Shown here: positions 9,037 through 21,184 of the stretch, in pieces
Layout of the letters: each line of letters opens with the position of its first letter
How positions within the stretch are numbered: position 1 is the first letter of the stretch
Assembly (NCBI GenBank): GCA_965216755.1
Contig: CBDCGL010000011.1
Span: 4,000,001-4,064,000 of the forward strand
Reading direction: 5' to 3'
Source: Alphaproteobacteria bacterium
Lineage (GTDB): Bacteria; Pseudomonadota; Alphaproteobacteria; UBA7887
Length of the DNA: 64,000 bases
Position numbers and translations under genes: made by a program
The notes under the pieces: model-generated
The model's database searches: none
Told to the model about the DNA's origin: nothing
The model's input: the letters and a program-made list of their open reading frames with translations, nothing else

Positions 9037-10519
9037 CCTTGTGCAGAGTAACGCGATGGCAATGACTTCAGGAGTACGGCATGCAGACATTGTCGGCTTG
9101 ACGGCCGACAGCCGCCAAGTGCGGCCCGGATATCTGTTTGCCGCCCTGAAGGGCGTGCGCGAGGATGGCGCGGCCTACATCGACGACGCCATTGCGCGCG
9201 GCGCCACCGCCGTGCTCGGCGTGCCGGACGCGGTGCATGCTTATCGCGCCCGCCAAATCGCCGTCATCGCAGATCGCAATCCGCGGCGCGCCTACGCCCT
9301 GATGGCGGCACGTTTTTATCGCGCGCAACCGAAGACAATTGTTGCGGTCACGGGCACCAATGGGAAGACTTCTGTGGCAACCTTCGCGCGCCAGATTTGG
9401 TCGACGCTCGGCCGTCGGGCGGCAAGCATTGGCACCCTGGGGATTCACGGTCCGGGCATGACCAATCCCGGCTCTCTGACCACGCCGGATCCCGCTCAGT
9501 TACACCAAAACCTGGTTCGGCTGGCGGAAAATCGTGTCGACCACCTGGCGATCGAGGCCTCGAGCCATGGTCTGGACCAGCACCGTATGGACGGCGTACG
9601 TTTGACAGCTGCCGGGTTTACCAATTTGAGCCGTGATCATCTTGATTATCACGGCAATGAAGCCCGTTACCTGGCGGCGAAAGCACGCTTGTTCGAAACG
9701 GTGATGGCGCCGGGCGGTGTTGCGGTGCTGAATGCCGATGTCCCGCAATATCAATCTCTGGCCGAGAGTTGCTATGCCCGGGGCCATCGGATTATCGCCT
9801 ACGGGGCTAAATATGGCGACGGGACGCGGCGCGATTTGCGAATCGTGCGTCGCGAGACGAGCGCACGCGGCCAAGTGCTGTCGGTCCGCATCGGCGGTAG
9901 CCAGCACGTTATTGACACCAGTCTGGTTGGCGATTTCCAAGTTATGAATTTGCTGTGTGCTGTGGGGCTTATCATCGGCAGTGGCGAAGATGTTGGGGCA
10001 GCGGTGCGCGCGGCGGCTGGGGTCAGCGGGCCGACCGGTCGCATGCAATGTGTCACGGTGCATCCCAATGGCGCCGCAGTCTATGTCGATTACGCGCACA
10101 CGCCGGATGCTCTGCAAACCGTGTTGACCGCGCTCAGGCCACATGTTCGCGGCCAACTACATCTGGTGTTTGGGTGTGGCGGTGATCGTGATCGCGGCAA
10201 GCGACCGGTGATGGGTGAGATCGCGGCGCGTTTGGCCGATCGGGTTTTCGTGACCGACGACAATCCACGATTCGAAGATCCCAGCGCAATCCGGGCCGAA
10301 ATCTTGGCCACGTGCTCGAACGCCACCGAGATTGGCGATCGGGGCAAAGCGATCAGGACGGCGATCGCCGACCTGACCGGTGGCGATCTTTTGTTGATCG
10401 CGGGTAAGGGGCATGAGACCGATCAGCTTGTCGGTGATCAAGTTTTACCTTTTGACGACGCGGCCGTTGCGCGTGACGCGGTGGCGGCGATTGGCGACGG
10501 AAAACGAGCGGGAAGGTGA
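9023..10519 (+). CDS. murE: UDP-MurNAc-tripeptide synthetase MurE (meso-DAP)
   Basis: GTNGKTS, TTP, EASSHG, DYAHTPD, DNPR motif. Confidence 0.97.
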   Translation: MQLTDLVQSNAMAMTSGVRHADIVGLTADSRQVRPGYLFAALKGVREDGAAYIDDAIARGATAVLGVPDAVHAYRARQIAVIADRNPRRAYALMAARFYRAQPKTIVAVTGTNGKTSVATFARQIWSTLGRRAASIGTLGIHGPGMTNPGSLTTPDPAQLHQNLVRLAENRVDHLAIEASSHGLDQHRMDGVRLTAAGFTNLSRDHLDYHGNEARYLAAKARLFETVMAPGGVAVLNADVPQYQSLAESCYARGHRIIAYGAKYGDGTRRDLRIVRRETSARGQVLSVRIGGSQHVIDTSLVGDFQVMNLLCAVGLIIGSGEDVGAAVRAAAGVSGPTGRMQCVTVHPNGAAVYVDYAHTPDALQTVLTALRPHVRGQLHLVFGCGGDRDRGKRPVMGEIAARLADRVFVTDDNPRFEDPSAIRAEILATCSNATEIGDRGKAIRTAIADLTGGDLLLIAGKGHETDQLVGDQVLPFDDAAVARDAVAAIGDGKRAGR

Positions 10520-12009
10520 TAACGACGGCGCCGTTATGGACAGCCGACGATGCGGTAAAAGCCACTGGTGGTTCAACCAGCGCGCGATGGTGCGCGACCG
10601 GTATTTCGATCGATAGCCGTACAATTAATAAGGGTGATCTGTTCGTGGCCTTGCCAGGGCCAAATTTTGACGGTCACGATTACGTCGCGGCGGCGTTTGC
10701 GCAGGGTGCGGCAGCGGCGATGGCGACCCGGCGACCGGCTGACATGGCCGCTGAAGCACCGGTGTTGATTGTGAAGGACACGCACGCGGCCTTGCAGGAT
10801 TTGGGGCGCGCGCGGCGCCGACAAACACAAGCACCGATGATCGCTGTTACGGGCAGCGTCGGGAAGACGGGCACCAAGGAGATGATGGCGCTGGCGCTGG
10901 GCACGCGCGGGCACTGTCACGCAAGCCGGGCGAGCTTTAACAACGATATCGGGGTACCGCTGACCCTGGCCCGTATGCCGTTGGCGGCGGACTATGGTGT
11001 TTTTGAGCTTGGCATGAATCACGCTGGCGAGTTGGCGCAGTTGACGCGCCAAGTTCGTCCACATATCGCGGTGATTACCACAATTGCCGCGACTCACCTC
11101 GGCCATTTTGCCAACGTTGACGCGATTTGCGACGCCAAGGCTGAAATTTTTGATGGCGTGTTGCCGAACGGCACTGCGATTCTCAATCAGGACAATCACT
11201 ATTTTGAACGCTTGCGCGCGGCAGCTGCCAGCGCCGGAATCGAACGCATTGTCGGCTTTGGCAGCGATCGTGCGTGCGCGGTTCGGCTCGATGACTATCA
11301 GCCTCAAGCCGGCGCAAATTCTGTGTCTGCACATATATTTGGACGACCGGTGCGGTACCGCTTGGCGGTTGATGGTCGGCATTGGGCGATCAACAGTCTA
11401 GCCGTTTTGGCGTGCGTCGCGGTTTTGGACGGCGACGTTGATCAGGCGGCGTCGGCGCTGGCGGCGATGACGGCACCGAGCGGGCGCGGTGCCCGCCATC
11501 TGGTACCCGTCGGCGAGGGAGATGTGACAGTGGTCGACGAAAGCTATAATGCCAGTCCGGCATCAATGCGCGCTGCGTTGATGGTATTGGCTTCAACTCA
11601 GCCAAGCACAAGCGGGCGACGGATCGCCGTGCTGGGCGACATGCTGGAACTCGGGAATGATAGTCGCGCCCTGCACGCGGCGCTTGCCGACGACGTGTCT
11701 GCGGCGAATGTCGACGTCTTGTTTACGGTTGGCGCGGACATGTGCGCGTTACGCAACACAATTGATCCAGCCAAACGTGGTGAACATGCGACGCGCAGCG
11801 AGGATTTGATTTCTGTTGTGCGCGAGTCATTGCGGCCGGGCGATGTGGTCATGATCAAGGGCTCGGCCGGCAGCCGCATGGGTGTGATCGTCGAAGCGCT
11901 GTTATCCAGCCCGAACGCGCGAGATAGTGGTGCGACCGACGCCGCGAAATCACACGCGCCGCAACAGACTTCTGCGGCGCCCGCCAAAACGGCAGTGAAC
12001 CCGCCATGA
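10516..12009 (+). CDS. murF: UDP-MurNAc-pentapeptide synthetase MurF
   Basis: GSVGKT, NNDIGVP, ELGMNH, DESYNASP, GDMLELG. Confidence 0.96.
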   Translation: MITTAPLWTADDAVKATGGSTSARWCATGISIDSRTINKGDLFVALPGPNFDGHDYVAAAFAQGAAAAMATRRPADMAAEAPVLIVKDTHAALQDLGRARRRQTQAPMIAVTGSVGKTGTKEMMALALGTRGHCHASRASFNNDIGVPLTLARMPLAADYGVFELGMNHAGELAQLTRQVRPHIAVITTIAATHLGHFANVDAICDAKAEIFDGVLPNGTAILNQDNHYFERLRAAAASAGIERIVGFGSDRACAVRLDDYQPQAGANSVSAHIFGRPVRYRLAVDGRHWAINSLAVLACVAVLDGDVDQAASALAAMTAPSGRGARHLVPVGEGDVTVVDESYNASPASMRAALMVLASTQPSTSGRRIAVLGDMLELGNDSRALHAALADDVSAANVDVLFTVGADMCALRNTIDPAKRGEHATRSEDLISVVRESLRPGDVVMIKGSAGSRMGVIVEALLSSPNARDSGATDAAKSHAPQQTSAAPAKTAVNPP

Positions 12010-12027
12010 GCAAAGAGGATCGCGCGC

Positions 12028-13116
12028 GTGCTTTACAATGTGTTGGTGCCACTCGCCGACGAGTTTGTACTGTTCAATTTGTTTCGCTATCTGACATTTC
12101 GCACGGGCGGCGCCATTATCACGGCGCTATTGGTGAGCTTTATCGCCGGGCCGACACTGATCAATTGGCTGCGCAGCCGACAGGGCACCGGTCAACCGAT
12201 CCGCGACGACGGCCCCGAAGGCCATTTGGAAACCAAGCGTGGCACCCCAACAATGGGTGGGTTTCTTATCTTGTTGGCGCTTTCGGTGGGAACCTTGCTG
12301 TGGGCAGACCTGACCAGCCCGTTCGTTTGGGTGGTGTTGTTGGTGACCTTCGGCTTCGGTGGTGTTGGTTTTCTCGACGACTATTTGAAGGTGACTCGCC
12401 AACATCACGGTGGCTTGCCGGGCAAAGCCAAGCTGGTCGTGCAGTTCGCGGTTGCCTTGATCGCGGTTCTGATCACCAGCCATTTGCTGCCGGCGGATCT
12501 GTCGCAAAGCTTGGCCGTGCCGTTTCTAAAGAACGTGCTGATCGATCTCGGTTGGGTATTCATTGTGTTTGCCATGCTGGTCATGGTCGGGGCATCGAAC
12601 GCCGTCAATCTGACCGATGGTTTGGATGGGTTGGCGATCATGCCGATCATGATCGCGGCGGCTTGCTTCGGTTTCATATGCTACCTGGTCGGCAACGCGG
12701 TTTTTGCCAACTACCTGCAGATCCACTTTGTTCCGGGCACTGGCGAGTTGGCGGTGTTTTGCGGCGCCTTGGTCGGTGCCAGTCTGGGGTTCTTGTGGTT
12801 CAACGCGCCGCCGGCGATGGTGTTCATGGGCGATACCGGCAGCCTCTCAACCGGCGGTGCGTTGGGCACGATCAGTGTTATCACCAAGCACGAACTGGTG
12901 CTGGCGATCGTCGGCGGCCTGTTCGTGTTGGAGGCGGTGTCCGTCATCGTGCAGGTCGCATCGTTCAAGCTCACCGGCCGCCGCGTGTTTCGCATGGCAC
13001 CTCTTCATCACCATTTCGAACAAAAGGGCTGGCAAGAGCCGACGATTGTGATTCGTTTTTGGATAATCGCGTCAATCTTGGCCCTGGCGGGCTTGGCGAC
13101 GCTGAAACTGAGGTGA
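12028..13116 (+). CDS. mraY: phospho-MurNAc-pentapeptide transferase MraY
   Basis: [36 protein letters not shown]; multi-TM protein. Confidence 0.98.
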   Translation: MLYNVLVPLADEFVLFNLFRYLTFRTGGAIITALLVSFIAGPTLINWLRSRQGTGQPIRDDGPEGHLETKRGTPTMGGFLILLALSVGTLLWADLTSPFVWVVLLVTFGFGGVGFLDDYLKVTRQHHGGLPGKAKLVVQFAVALIAVLITSHLLPADLSQSLAVPFLKNVLIDLGWVFIVFAMLVMVGASNAVNLTDGLDGLAIMPIMIAAACFGFICYLVGNAVFANYLQIHFVPGTGELAVFCGALVGASLGFLWFNAPPAMVFMGDTGSLSTGGALGTISVITKHELVLAIVGGLFVLEAVSVIVQVASFKLTGRRVFRMAPLHHHFEQKGWQEPTIVIRFWIIASILALAGLATLKLR

Positions 13117-13123
13117 CAACGTT

Positions 13124-14557
13124 ATGATTCGTGTCAGGGGGTATCAGGACGCGCGTGTGGTCGTGTTGGGTTTGGGTGTCAGCGGTCTGGCCACCGCGCG
13201 TGCTTTGGCGGCCGGTGGCGCCGACGTTGTGACGTGGGATGATTCGCACGAGATGCGGCAACGGGCGGCAGATCAAGGATTGGTCGTGCGCGACCCGGCG
13301 ACGATTGACTGGCAGGCGGTGGCTGCTTTGGTGCCGAGCCCGGGTGTGCCGCGCACGCATCCAACACCCCATCCGGTGATCGCCGCGGCATGTGCCGCAG
13401 GCGTCGACGTGTTGGGCGATGTTGAGCTGCTGGCGCGGTCAATGCGCAACGCCGGTTTTGTCGGCGTCACCGGTACCAATGGCAAATCGACGACCACGGC
13501 CTTGCTGGCGCACATCTTGGATGATGCCGGGCTGCAGATCGGTGTTGGCGGCAATCTCGGCGTTCCCGCGTTGCAATTGGCTCCGGTGCGGATTGGCGGC
13601 TATTACGTTTTGGAATTGTCGTCCTATCAATTGGACCTGATCGATCTGATCGAACTTGATGTCGCGGTGCTGCTGAACATCAGTCCGGACCATTTGGACC
13701 GTCATGGCGGGATGGATGGATATGTTTCCGCCAAGCGCAAAATATTTGGTCATCAAGATACCGGCGACATCGCCATCGTCGGCGTCGACGACGCTTATTC
13801 CCGCGCGGTTTACGATGATTTGGTGGGGCTGGGTCGCCAGCGCGTTGTGCCGATCTCGGCGACGCGCGCCGTTGACGGTGGCGTTTATGTCATCGACGGC
13901 ATCTTATTCGACGCCCGTGGCGAGCGCGTGCGGTCGGTTGCGGATTTGACAAGGCATGGCGCGTTGCCTGGCCGCCACAACTGGCAAAACGCTGCGGCCG
14001 CCTATGCCGCCGCGCGTGCCCTTGACGTGCCAGCGGACCGCATCGTCAAACTGATCGGCTCGTTTGCCGGTCTTGCCCATCGCCAGGAAGCGGTCGCCGC
14101 GATCAATGGTATTCGTTACGTAAATGATAGCAAGGCGACCAATGTCGTCGCGGCCGCGCAGGCTCTCGGTTGCTACGAGAACATTTATTGGATCGCGGGC
14201 GGGCAGGCCAAGGATGAACCGTTTGATCAACTGCGGCCGCACCTCGACCGCGTTGTCCAGGCGTTTTTGATCGGCGAATCTGCGCCCCACTTTGCCGCCC
14301 GATTGGCCGGCGACGTGGCCACGACGATCAGTGGCGACCTGGCGACCGCGGTTGCCCAGGCCACGGCCTGTGCTCAGGCCCAAGGTGAGTCCAACGCGGT
14401 CATATTGCTGTCGCCAGCCTGTGCATCGTTCGACCAGTTCAAGAATTTCGAAGCGCGCGGCGATGCCTTTAGGGACTTGGTCAAAGCGCTACCGCGGCGC
14501 GCGCCGTCCAAAGCGAAGCAGGCTATTGGTCGTGGTTTGACTCGGATCGCTGTATGA
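13124..14557 (+). CDS. murD: UDP-MurNAc-L-Ala:D-Glu ligase MurD
   Basis: GTNGKSTT, ELSSYQL, DHLDRH, NDSKATN, SPACASFDQF. Confidence 0.97.
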   Translation: MIRVRGYQDARVVVLGLGVSGLATARALAAGGADVVTWDDSHEMRQRAADQGLVVRDPATIDWQAVAALVPSPGVPRTHPTPHPVIAAACAAGVDVLGDVELLARSMRNAGFVGVTGTNGKSTTTALLAHILDDAGLQIGVGGNLGVPALQLAPVRIGGYYVLELSSYQLDLIDLIELDVAVLLNISPDHLDRHGGMDGYVSAKRKIFGHQDTGDIAIVGVDDAYSRAVYDDLVGLGRQRVVPISATRAVDGGVYVIDGILFDARGERVRSVADLTRHGALPGRHNWQNAAAAYAAARALDVPADRIVKLIGSFAGLAHRQEAVAAINGIRYVNDSKATNVVAAAQALGCYENIYWIAGGQAKDEPFDQLRPHLDRVVQAFLIGESAPHFAARLAGDVATTISGDLATAVAQATACAQAQGESNAVILLSPACASFDQFKNFEARGDAFRDLVKALPRRAPSKAKQAIGRGLTRIAV

Positions 14558-15678
14558 GCCCAGTCCCGCGCACAGATAACAGTCTGGTTGGGCGATGGTG
14601 GTGGACCGTCGACCGATGGCTTTTGTCAGCGGTGATCGCGGTCGCGTGCATTGGCGCGTTGATGGTTTTGGCCGCGAGCCCACCGGTCGCGGAACGGCTT
14701 GAGCTGCCGCCATTTCATTTCTTTAGGCGCCATCTTGTCATGTTGGTACCGGCGGCGGCGATCATCTTCGGGGTTTCGATGTTGTCACAGACCGGTGTTC
14801 GCCGGTTGGCGGTGCTGGTCCTGGCGGTTGGGCTTGTGCTTTTGGCGATGACGCTGATCGTCGGCATAGAGATCAAAGGCGCAAGGCGATGGTTGACGAT
14901 CGCCGGGTTTTCGGTGCAGCCCTCTGAATTTGTCAAGCCGGCGTTTATTGTTTTGAGTGCCTGGCTGTTCACGATGCAACGCCGCTATGGCCTGTTTCCC
15001 GGTGATTTGGTTGCGGTCGCTCTCCTGGTATGTGTGGTTGGTTTGTTGGCTTTGCAGCCAGATTTCGGCATGGCGGTCACGGTGTGCGCGATTTGGGGGG
15101 CGCAATATTTCATGGCCGGCCTGCCCTTGCTGTGGGTGGTTTTGTTGGTCGCCATAGGGGTGGGCTCCGTTGTGTTGGGGTACAATTTGTTGCCTCATGT
15201 GAAAAGCCGCATCGATCGGTTTTTCGATCCGGCATCCGGCGACAGTTATCAAGTCGATACGTCGTTAAGGGCGTTCTCCAATGGCGGCTTGTTCGGTCGT
15301 GGGCCGGGCGAAGGCGTGGTCAAGGATATGTTGCCCGACGCCCACGCCGACTTCATTTTTGCGGTGGTTGGCGAAGAATTTGGACTAATCGCGTGCTTGG
15401 CGGTGGTGGGTCTGTTCGCCTTCATCGTTGTTCGTGGTTTGGCCAAGCTCAGTGACGAGAGCGACCTGTTTATTCTGCTTGGCGCTGGTGGCTTGGTCGC
15501 CCAATTTGGCTTGCAAGCCATGATCAATATGGCCGTGACGCTGCACTTGGTGCCGACCAAGGGCATGACGTTGCCATTTATCTCTTACGGCGGGTCGTCT
15601 TTGTTGGCTCTGGCACTGGGTATGGGCATGCTTTTGGCATTGACGCGCCGCCGCCCCACGGTGCGGGGGCCGTTATGA
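14554..15678 (+). CDS. ftsW: SEDS glycosyltransferase FtsW
   Basis: GARRW, QPSEFVK, QPDFG, HADFIF, PFISYGGSS. Confidence 0.96.
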   Translation: MSPVPRTDNSLVGRWWWTVDRWLLSAVIAVACIGALMVLAASPPVAERLELPPFHFFRRHLVMLVPAAAIIFGVSMLSQTGVRRLAVLVLAVGLVLLAMTLIVGIEIKGARRWLTIAGFSVQPSEFVKPAFIVLSAWLFTMQRRYGLFPGDLVAVALLVCVVGLLALQPDFGMAVTVCAIWGAQYFMAGLPLLWVVLLVAIGVGSVVLGYNLLPHVKSRIDRFFDPASGDSYQVDTSLRAFSNGGLFGRGPGEGVVKDMLPDAHADFIFAVVGEEFGLIACLAVVGLFAFIVVRGLAKLSDESDLFILLGAGGLVAQFGLQAMINMAVTLHLVPTKGMTLPFISYGGSSLLALALGMGMLLALTRRRPTVRGPL

Positions 15679-16823
15679 GCGCGCGCCGACAGCCATCACC
15701 GGGGCGCGTGGTGATCGCCGCCGGCGGGACGGGCGGCCATGTCTTCCCCGCGCGGGCCTTGGCGCGTCAGCTTCGTGAGGACGGTTTTGCGTTAGCGTTT
15801 GTGACTGATCGGCGCGGCGCCCACTTTGGCGATGATTTGGCGGATGTTGCGTGCCATATGGTTGCATCGCGTGGCATCGCCGGGCGCGGCTTGCGTGGTA
15901 TGGCCGGCGGTGCACTGAGTATCGCGCGCGGCACCGTGCAGGCTTGGTTTCTGATGCGTCGATTGGCGCCGGATGTGGTTGTGGGATTTGGCAGCTACGC
16001 GTCGGTGCCGCCATTGATCGCGGCAGGCCGGTTGGGTGTCCCAACGGTGATTCACGAGGCCAACGCCATATTGGGACGCGCCAACCGTCTTTTGGCTCAT
16101 ACGGTCGACCAGATTGCCACGGCATTTGAGACGACGGCTGCCGTGCCGGCGCGTCAACGGCACAAATTGTGCGCGGTCGGCAATCCTGTCCGCGCGGAGA
16201 TCATTGCGGCGCGCGACGTGCCCTATACACCGGCCGACAACGACGGGCGCATGCGTATATTGGTCACCGGTGGTAGCCAGGGCGCGACAATTCTCGGTCG
16301 GACCGTTCCCGCGGCGCTGGCGCGGCTCGACGAACAATTGCGGCGGCGTCTGTTTGTGTCGCAACAATGTCGGGGCGAAGACCTGGAGCCGGCGCGCGAA
16401 ACCTATCGGAGCGCCGGCATTGCTTGTGACGTGGCGCCATTTTTCGATGATATTGCGGATCGACTGACGACAGCCCAATTGGTGGTGAGCCGTTCGGGCG
16501 CGTCGACCATGGCCGAATTGTGCGTGGTCGGTCGGCCGGCCCTGCTGGTGCCTTTCGCGCGCGCAATCGATGATCATCAAACAGCCAATGCACGCGTTTT
16601 CGCCGACGCGGGCGCCGGTTGGTTGACGCCCGAGGCAGACCTCATGCCGGATGGGCTGGCCGATCAACTCGGGCGCGTCTTGGGCGACTCACAATCCCTT
16701 GTCACGGCCGCGCAACATGCGCGCGCAATCGGTCGAACAGACGCCGCCACACGGCTGGCGGCCATGGTCGCCGGTCTTGCCGATAACGGCAATGATCGTG
16801 GTGGCTATCAGGAGGCGGCATGA
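15675..16823 (+). CDS. murG: MurG glycosyltransferase
   Basis: GGTGGH, HEAN, GNPVR, GGSQGA, RSGAST, HQTAN. Confidence 0.97.
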   Translation: MSARRQPSPGRVVIAAGGTGGHVFPARALARQLREDGFALAFVTDRRGAHFGDDLADVACHMVASRGIAGRGLRGMAGGALSIARGTVQAWFLMRRLAPDVVVGFGSYASVPPLIAAGRLGVPTVIHEANAILGRANRLLAHTVDQIATAFETTAAVPARQRHKLCAVGNPVRAEIIAARDVPYTPADNDGRMRILVTGGSQGATILGRTVPAALARLDEQLRRRLFVSQQCRGEDLEPARETYRSAGIACDVAPFFDDIADRLTTAQLVVSRSGASTMAELCVVGRPALLVPFARAIDDHQTANARVFADAGAGWLTPEADLMPDGLADQLGRVLGDSQSLVTAAQHARAIGRTDAATRLAAMVAGLADNGNDRGGYQEAA

Positions 16824-18256
16824 CCAAGCTTCCCCTCGACATCGGTGTCATTCACTTCGTCGGCATCGGTGGCATCGGCATGAGCGGCATCGCCGAAGTG
16901 ATGTGCAATCTCGGCTATGCGGTCCAAGGCAGCGATTTGTCTGAGAATGCCAATGTGCAGCGCTTGCGTGCGCTTGGTGTGCCAATTGCCGTGGGCCATA
17001 GCGCGGAGAATATTGGCGACGCCAGCGTGGTCGTCATTTCGTCGGCGGTTAAAGGCGACAACCCTGAAGTCGCGGCCGCCCGCAAGCGGGGGCTGCCGGT
17101 GGTCCGCCGCGCCGAGATGTTGGCTGAATTGATGCGGCTCAAATCGTCGATTGCGGTGGGCGGCACCCATGGCAAAACCACGACGACCTCGTTAATTGCG
17201 GCGCTATTGGATGGGGCTGGCATGGACCCGACCGTGATCAACGGCGGCATAATTAACGCTTACGGCACGAATGCTCGGCTGGGTGGCGGCGAGTGGATGG
17301 TTGTCGAAGCCGATGAATCGGATGGCAGCTTTGTGCGCTTGCCGTCGACCATAGCCGTGGTCACGAACATCGACCCTGAACATCTGGAGCATTTCGGCGA
17401 CTTTGATGCGCTGCGCGTGGCGTTCCAATCGTTCGTTGAGAATATTCCGTTCTACGGATTTGCTGTTCTGTGCCTGGACCATCCTGAAGTGCAGGCCATG
17501 TTGGGGCGCATTATCGACCGGCGCATTGTCACCTATGGCTTGAGTCCACAGGCCGACATACAGGCCGTCAATCTGGGAACCGACAGCCTAGGCACACGGT
17601 TCGACGTGGCGATTGGGGCGCGCGGTCTGGGAACGGCGCGCGTCATCGAAGGATTGCGATTGACCATGCCTGGTCAGCACAATGTGCTAAATGCGCTGGC
17701 GGCGATTACGATCGCCGTCGAGTTGGGCATCGAAGACGACAGGATTCGCCAGGCGCTGGCGAACTTCAGCGGTGTCAAAAGACGATTTACCACGGTTGGC
17801 CAGGCGCGTGGCGTGACCGTTGTCGATGACTATGGTCATCATCCGGTCGAAATAGCCGCTGTGTTACGTGCCGGGCGCGAGCGCTGCCGCGGCACACTGA
17901 TCGCCGTTGTGCAACCGCATCGCTATTCACGCTTGCAGGATTTGTTTGAAGAATTCTCATCCTGTTTTAACGATGCTGATGTGGTTGTCGTCGCTGATGT
18001 CTATGCGGCCGGTGAACCGCCCATTGCCGGCATTGATCGTGATGCCCTGGTCGATAGTTTGCGTGCTCATGGCCATCGCCATGTCGTCGCTCTGCGATCG
18101 CCCGATGATCTTGCCGCGGTGATTGCCGGGCAATCTGCGCCGGGCGACATGGTGATCTGTCTCGGCGCCGGCAATATCACCCAATGGGCGCAGGCTCTAC
18201 CGGCCGCGCTGGAAGAAATCGATACCGCCGGTGCGGTCGGCGGTGGCCGCGCATGA
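16820..18256 (+). CDS. murC: UDP-MurNAc-L-alanine ligase MurC
   Basis: [30 protein letters not shown]. Confidence 0.98.
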   Translation: MTKLPLDIGVIHFVGIGGIGMSGIAEVMCNLGYAVQGSDLSENANVQRLRALGVPIAVGHSAENIGDASVVVISSAVKGDNPEVAAARKRGLPVVRRAEMLAELMRLKSSIAVGGTHGKTTTTSLIAALLDGAGMDPTVINGGIINAYGTNARLGGGEWMVVEADESDGSFVRLPSTIAVVTNIDPEHLEHFGDFDALRVAFQSFVENIPFYGFAVLCLDHPEVQAMLGRIIDRRIVTYGLSPQADIQAVNLGTDSLGTRFDVAIGARGLGTARVIEGLRLTMPGQHNVLNALAAITIAVELGIEDDRIRQALANFSGVKRRFTTVGQARGVTVVDDYGHHPVEIAAVLRAGRERCRGTLIAVVQPHRYSRLQDLFEEFSSCFNDADVVVVADVYAAGEPPIAGIDRDALVDSLRAHGHRHVVALRSPDDLAAVIAGQSAPGDMVICLGAGNITQWAQALPAALEEIDTAGAVGGGRA

Positions 18257-19206
18257 ACGCGCACACAAACCGTGGCTTGATTGCACGCTTGCCGCCTGTG
18301 CGCGGGCGATTGCAGTCCGGTGCACCGCTCGGCAAACGCACTTGGTTTCGTGTCGGAGGCCCGGCCGAAGTGTTGTTCGTGCCAGCCGATCGCGATGATT
18401 TGTGTGCTTTTTTGGCCGCCAAGCCGGCTGACGTGCGGGTGACGGTGCTGGGCGTGTGCTCGAACGTTCTGGTGCGCGACGGCGGTGTCGACGGTGTCGT
18501 CATCATGCTGGGTCGCGGCTTTATGGACATCATCGTGGATGGCACAACGTTGGTCTGCGGGGGTGGCGCGCTTGATATTCAGGTCGCACGACGGTCTGCC
18601 GCCGCCGGCATTGCGGGGTTGGAATTCTTGTCCGGCGTGCCGGGCACGATTGGTGGTGCCTTGCGCATGAACGCGGGTGCTTATGGGCGCGAGTTGGTCG
18701 ATGTCGTCACTGCGGCCGAAGCGGTCGACAGTGCCGGTCGCGTTCACCGTTTGGATAAAGCTGATCTCGGTTTGAGCTATCGGCGTTGCGCGGCGTCTGA
18801 TGATCTCGTCTTTACTGAGGCCGTTCTTTCCGGTGTGCGTGGCAACGTGGCGGAGATCACCGCGCGCATGGCGGAAATCGACAATGCCCGTCAAGGGACG
18901 CAGCCGGTGCGCACGCGGACCGGTGGCAGCACATTCGCAAATCCGCCCGGCGACAAGGCATGGCGCTTGATCGACGCGGCCGGGTGCCGCGGCCTGCGCC
19001 GTGGCGCCGCACAAGTCTCTGAAATGCACTGCAACTTCTTGGTCAACACGGGAGGGGCCACCGCGACGGATCTGGAAGATCTCGGCGAAGACGTGCGCCG
19101 GCGCGTGCGCGATGAAACCGGCGTCACACTTGAATGGGAAATTCGGCGTGTCGGGCGTGCTTTGCCGACGCCTGACGCGGTGAAGCACGGGATGGCCGGC
19201 TCATGA
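18253..19206 (+). CDS. murB: UDP-N-acetylenolpyruvoylglucosamine reductase MurB
   Basis: [36 protein letters not shown]; ATG at 18253 overlaps the murC stop. Confidence 0.96.
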   Translation: MNAHTNRGLIARLPPVRGRLQSGAPLGKRTWFRVGGPAEVLFVPADRDDLCAFLAAKPADVRVTVLGVCSNVLVRDGGVDGVVIMLGRGFMDIIVDGTTLVCGGGALDIQVARRSAAAGIAGLEFLSGVPGTIGGALRMNAGAYGRELVDVVTAAEAVDSAGRVHRLDKADLGLSYRRCAASDDLVFTEAVLSGVRGNVAEITARMAEIDNARQGTQPVRTRTGGSTFANPPGDKAWRLIDAAGCRGLRRGAAQVSEMHCNFLVNTGGATATDLEDLGEDVRRRVRDETGVTLEWEIRRVGRALPTPDAVKHGMAGS

Positions 19207-20117
19207 GCTTGCGCGTAGCGGTTTTGATGGGTGGGATGTCGGCGGAACGGGAAGTTTCGTTGGTCAGCGGCGCGGCAGTGATTGGCGCACTGCAACGGCT
19301 CGGGCATAAGCCAACGGCGATCGACATTGGTCGCGACGTTGCCGACAAGCTTACGGATTTGCGCCCTTATACGGATGTCGTGTTCAACGCGTTGCACGGT
19401 CGCTATGGCGAGGATGGGTGTGTGCAGGGGCTGTGCGAACTTCTGCGCCTGCCATATACCCATTCAGATGTCTTGGCATCTGCGCTGGCTATGAATAAGC
19501 CCATGGCAAAGATGCTGTTTAACATGGTAAACATACCAATTGTTGACAGCGCGGTTGTCACCAGAGATCAGTTGTTAGCGGGCGACCCGTTGCCGCGACC
19601 TTACGTGATCAAACCAATCAACGACGGATCAAGTGTCGGCGTGTCATTTGTTTATCCAAATCAAAGCACCCCAGTCACGACGGAACCCTGGCACTATGGC
19701 GAAAATGTCATGGTTGAACGCTACGTTCCGGGGCGTGAGTTGACCGTCGCGATGATGGGGGAGCGACCACTCGGTGTCTTGGAAATCCGGCCTCAGGGCG
19801 GTTTTTATGATTACGACGCCAAATATACTGAGGGCCGGGCTGAACATTTGATGCCGGCGCCGGTGCCCCAGCCGATTTATGAGCAGGCAATGGATATTGC
19901 TTTGCAGGCCCATCGGGTACTTGGCTGCCGCAGTGTGACCCGCGCCGATTTGCGTTATGACGACAGTGAACAGGGCTTGGGTTTGCGTCTGTTGGAGATC
20001 AACACGCAGCCCGGCATGACTCCGTTGTCGTTGGTGCCCGAGATCGCGGCTCATGCTGGCGTGGATTTCGACGCGCTTGTGGGGTGGATACTGGATCATG
20101 CGCAGTGCGCCGAATAG
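19203..20117 (+). CDS. ddl: D-alanine--D-alanine ligase
   Basis: GGMSAEREVS, LHGRYGEDG, GSSVG, YDYDAKY, EINTQPG. Confidence 0.97.
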   Translation: MSLRVAVLMGGMSAEREVSLVSGAAVIGALQRLGHKPTAIDIGRDVADKLTDLRPYTDVVFNALHGRYGEDGCVQGLCELLRLPYTHSDVLASALAMNKPMAKMLFNMVNIPIVDSAVVTRDQLLAGDPLPRPYVIKPINDGSSVGVSFVYPNQSTPVTTEPWHYGENVMVERYVPGRELTVAMMGERPLGVLEIRPQGGFYDYDAKYTEGRAEHLMPAPVPQPIYEQAMDIALQAHRVLGCRSVTRADLRYDDSEQGLGLRLLEINTQPGMTPLSLVPEIAAHAGVDFDALVGWILDHAQCAE

Positions 20118-20141
20118 ACAACCAACGTTGACGGACATGGC

Positions 20142-21164
20142 ATGACCGCGCGCAAGAACAGAGCCGAAAAAGTCGTCGCAGAAATCTTTGACTGGCGCTT
20201 GGTGCGACCCGCACGCCGGCGCCGCCGTCAAAAACGCGGAACGAAGTCCTGGTTCGGCATCACGTGGTTTCGCGCCAGCACCGAGAAACTGCGCTGGCGT
20301 CCGGCTTCGTCACGGCGCGCCGGATCGGGGCGGCGGCGCGCCACGCGACGAACCAACCGACGTCAAGTTCCGTTTTGGCGGGCCATAGCATGGCGTCGCG
20401 TGTGCGTGATTGGCGCGACCGCCATTGTCGTCGGCGGCGTGATTGGTATGTGGCGGTCAGGCGCGATCGCATCTGCCCATGAGACGATTCAGGAAACAGT
20501 GGTCAGGCTTACCGCGGGCGCCGGTTTCACCGTTGATGAGATTTTGGTCGAAGGACGTACGCGGACCCCAATGACTGCATTGCGCGAGGCGCTTGCGGTC
20601 GATCATGGCGATCCGTTGATGTTATTGGATCCTGCTGCAGCACGAACGCGGCTTGAAGATATTGGTTGGATCGAATCCGCCGCTGTCGAACGACGACCAC
20701 CAAACCTGGTTTATGTACGCTTGGTCGAGCGCCAACCCATGGCGCTTTGGCAGCATGAAGGGCATGTGACGGTGGTTGACCGTGGTGGACAAGTGATTGC
20801 CGGCGCGATCGTTGACAAGCATCGGGATCTGCCCCTGGTTGTGGGTATGGATGCACAGACCACGGCTTCCGATTTGATCGATATCATGGCAACGGACCCG
20901 GGTTTGCGCGACAAAGTGGCGGCTGCCGTGCGCGTCGGCGATCGCCGATGGAATCTGCGCTTGGACAATGGCATCGATGTTCGTTTGCCAGAGTCCGACA
21001 TCGCCGCAGCCTGGGGAAAATTAGTTGACTTGCGACGTTCAGATAGGTTGCTGGATCGCGATATTACGGTTATTGATTTGCGATTCCCGGATCGAATTAT
21101 TGTTCGCGTGTCTGGCGAAGACTCCGGGCCAGAGACCGAGACGCAACGCGGTAGTGACGCGTAA
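20142..21164 (+). CDS. ftsQ: cell division protein FtsQ
   Basis: Arg-rich cytoplasmic N-terminus, one TM, POTRA domain, RRW and IDLRFPDR; between ddl and ftsA. Confidence 0.9.
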   Translation: MTARKNRAEKVVAEIFDWRLVRPARRRRRQKRGTKSWFGITWFRASTEKLRWRPASSRRAGSGRRRATRRTNRRQVPFWRAIAWRRVCVIGATAIVVGGVIGMWRSGAIASAHETIQETVVRLTAGAGFTVDEILVEGRTRTPMTALREALAVDHGDPLMLLDPAAARTRLEDIGWIESAAVERRPPNLVYVRLVERQPMALWQHEGHVTVVDRGGQVIAGAIVDKHRDLPLVVGMDAQTTASDLIDIMATDPGLRDKVAAAVRVGDRRWNLRLDNGIDVRLPESDIAAAWGKLVDLRRSDRLLDRDITVIDLRFPDRIIVRVSGEDSGPETETQRGSDA

Positions 21165-21184
21165 GCATGGTTTGATGAAGGCGC

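Noticed and set aside
12006-13127. 373-aa alternative-frame ORF over mraY
   Set aside because: Arg/Gly-rich frame shadow; mraY explains the region fully.
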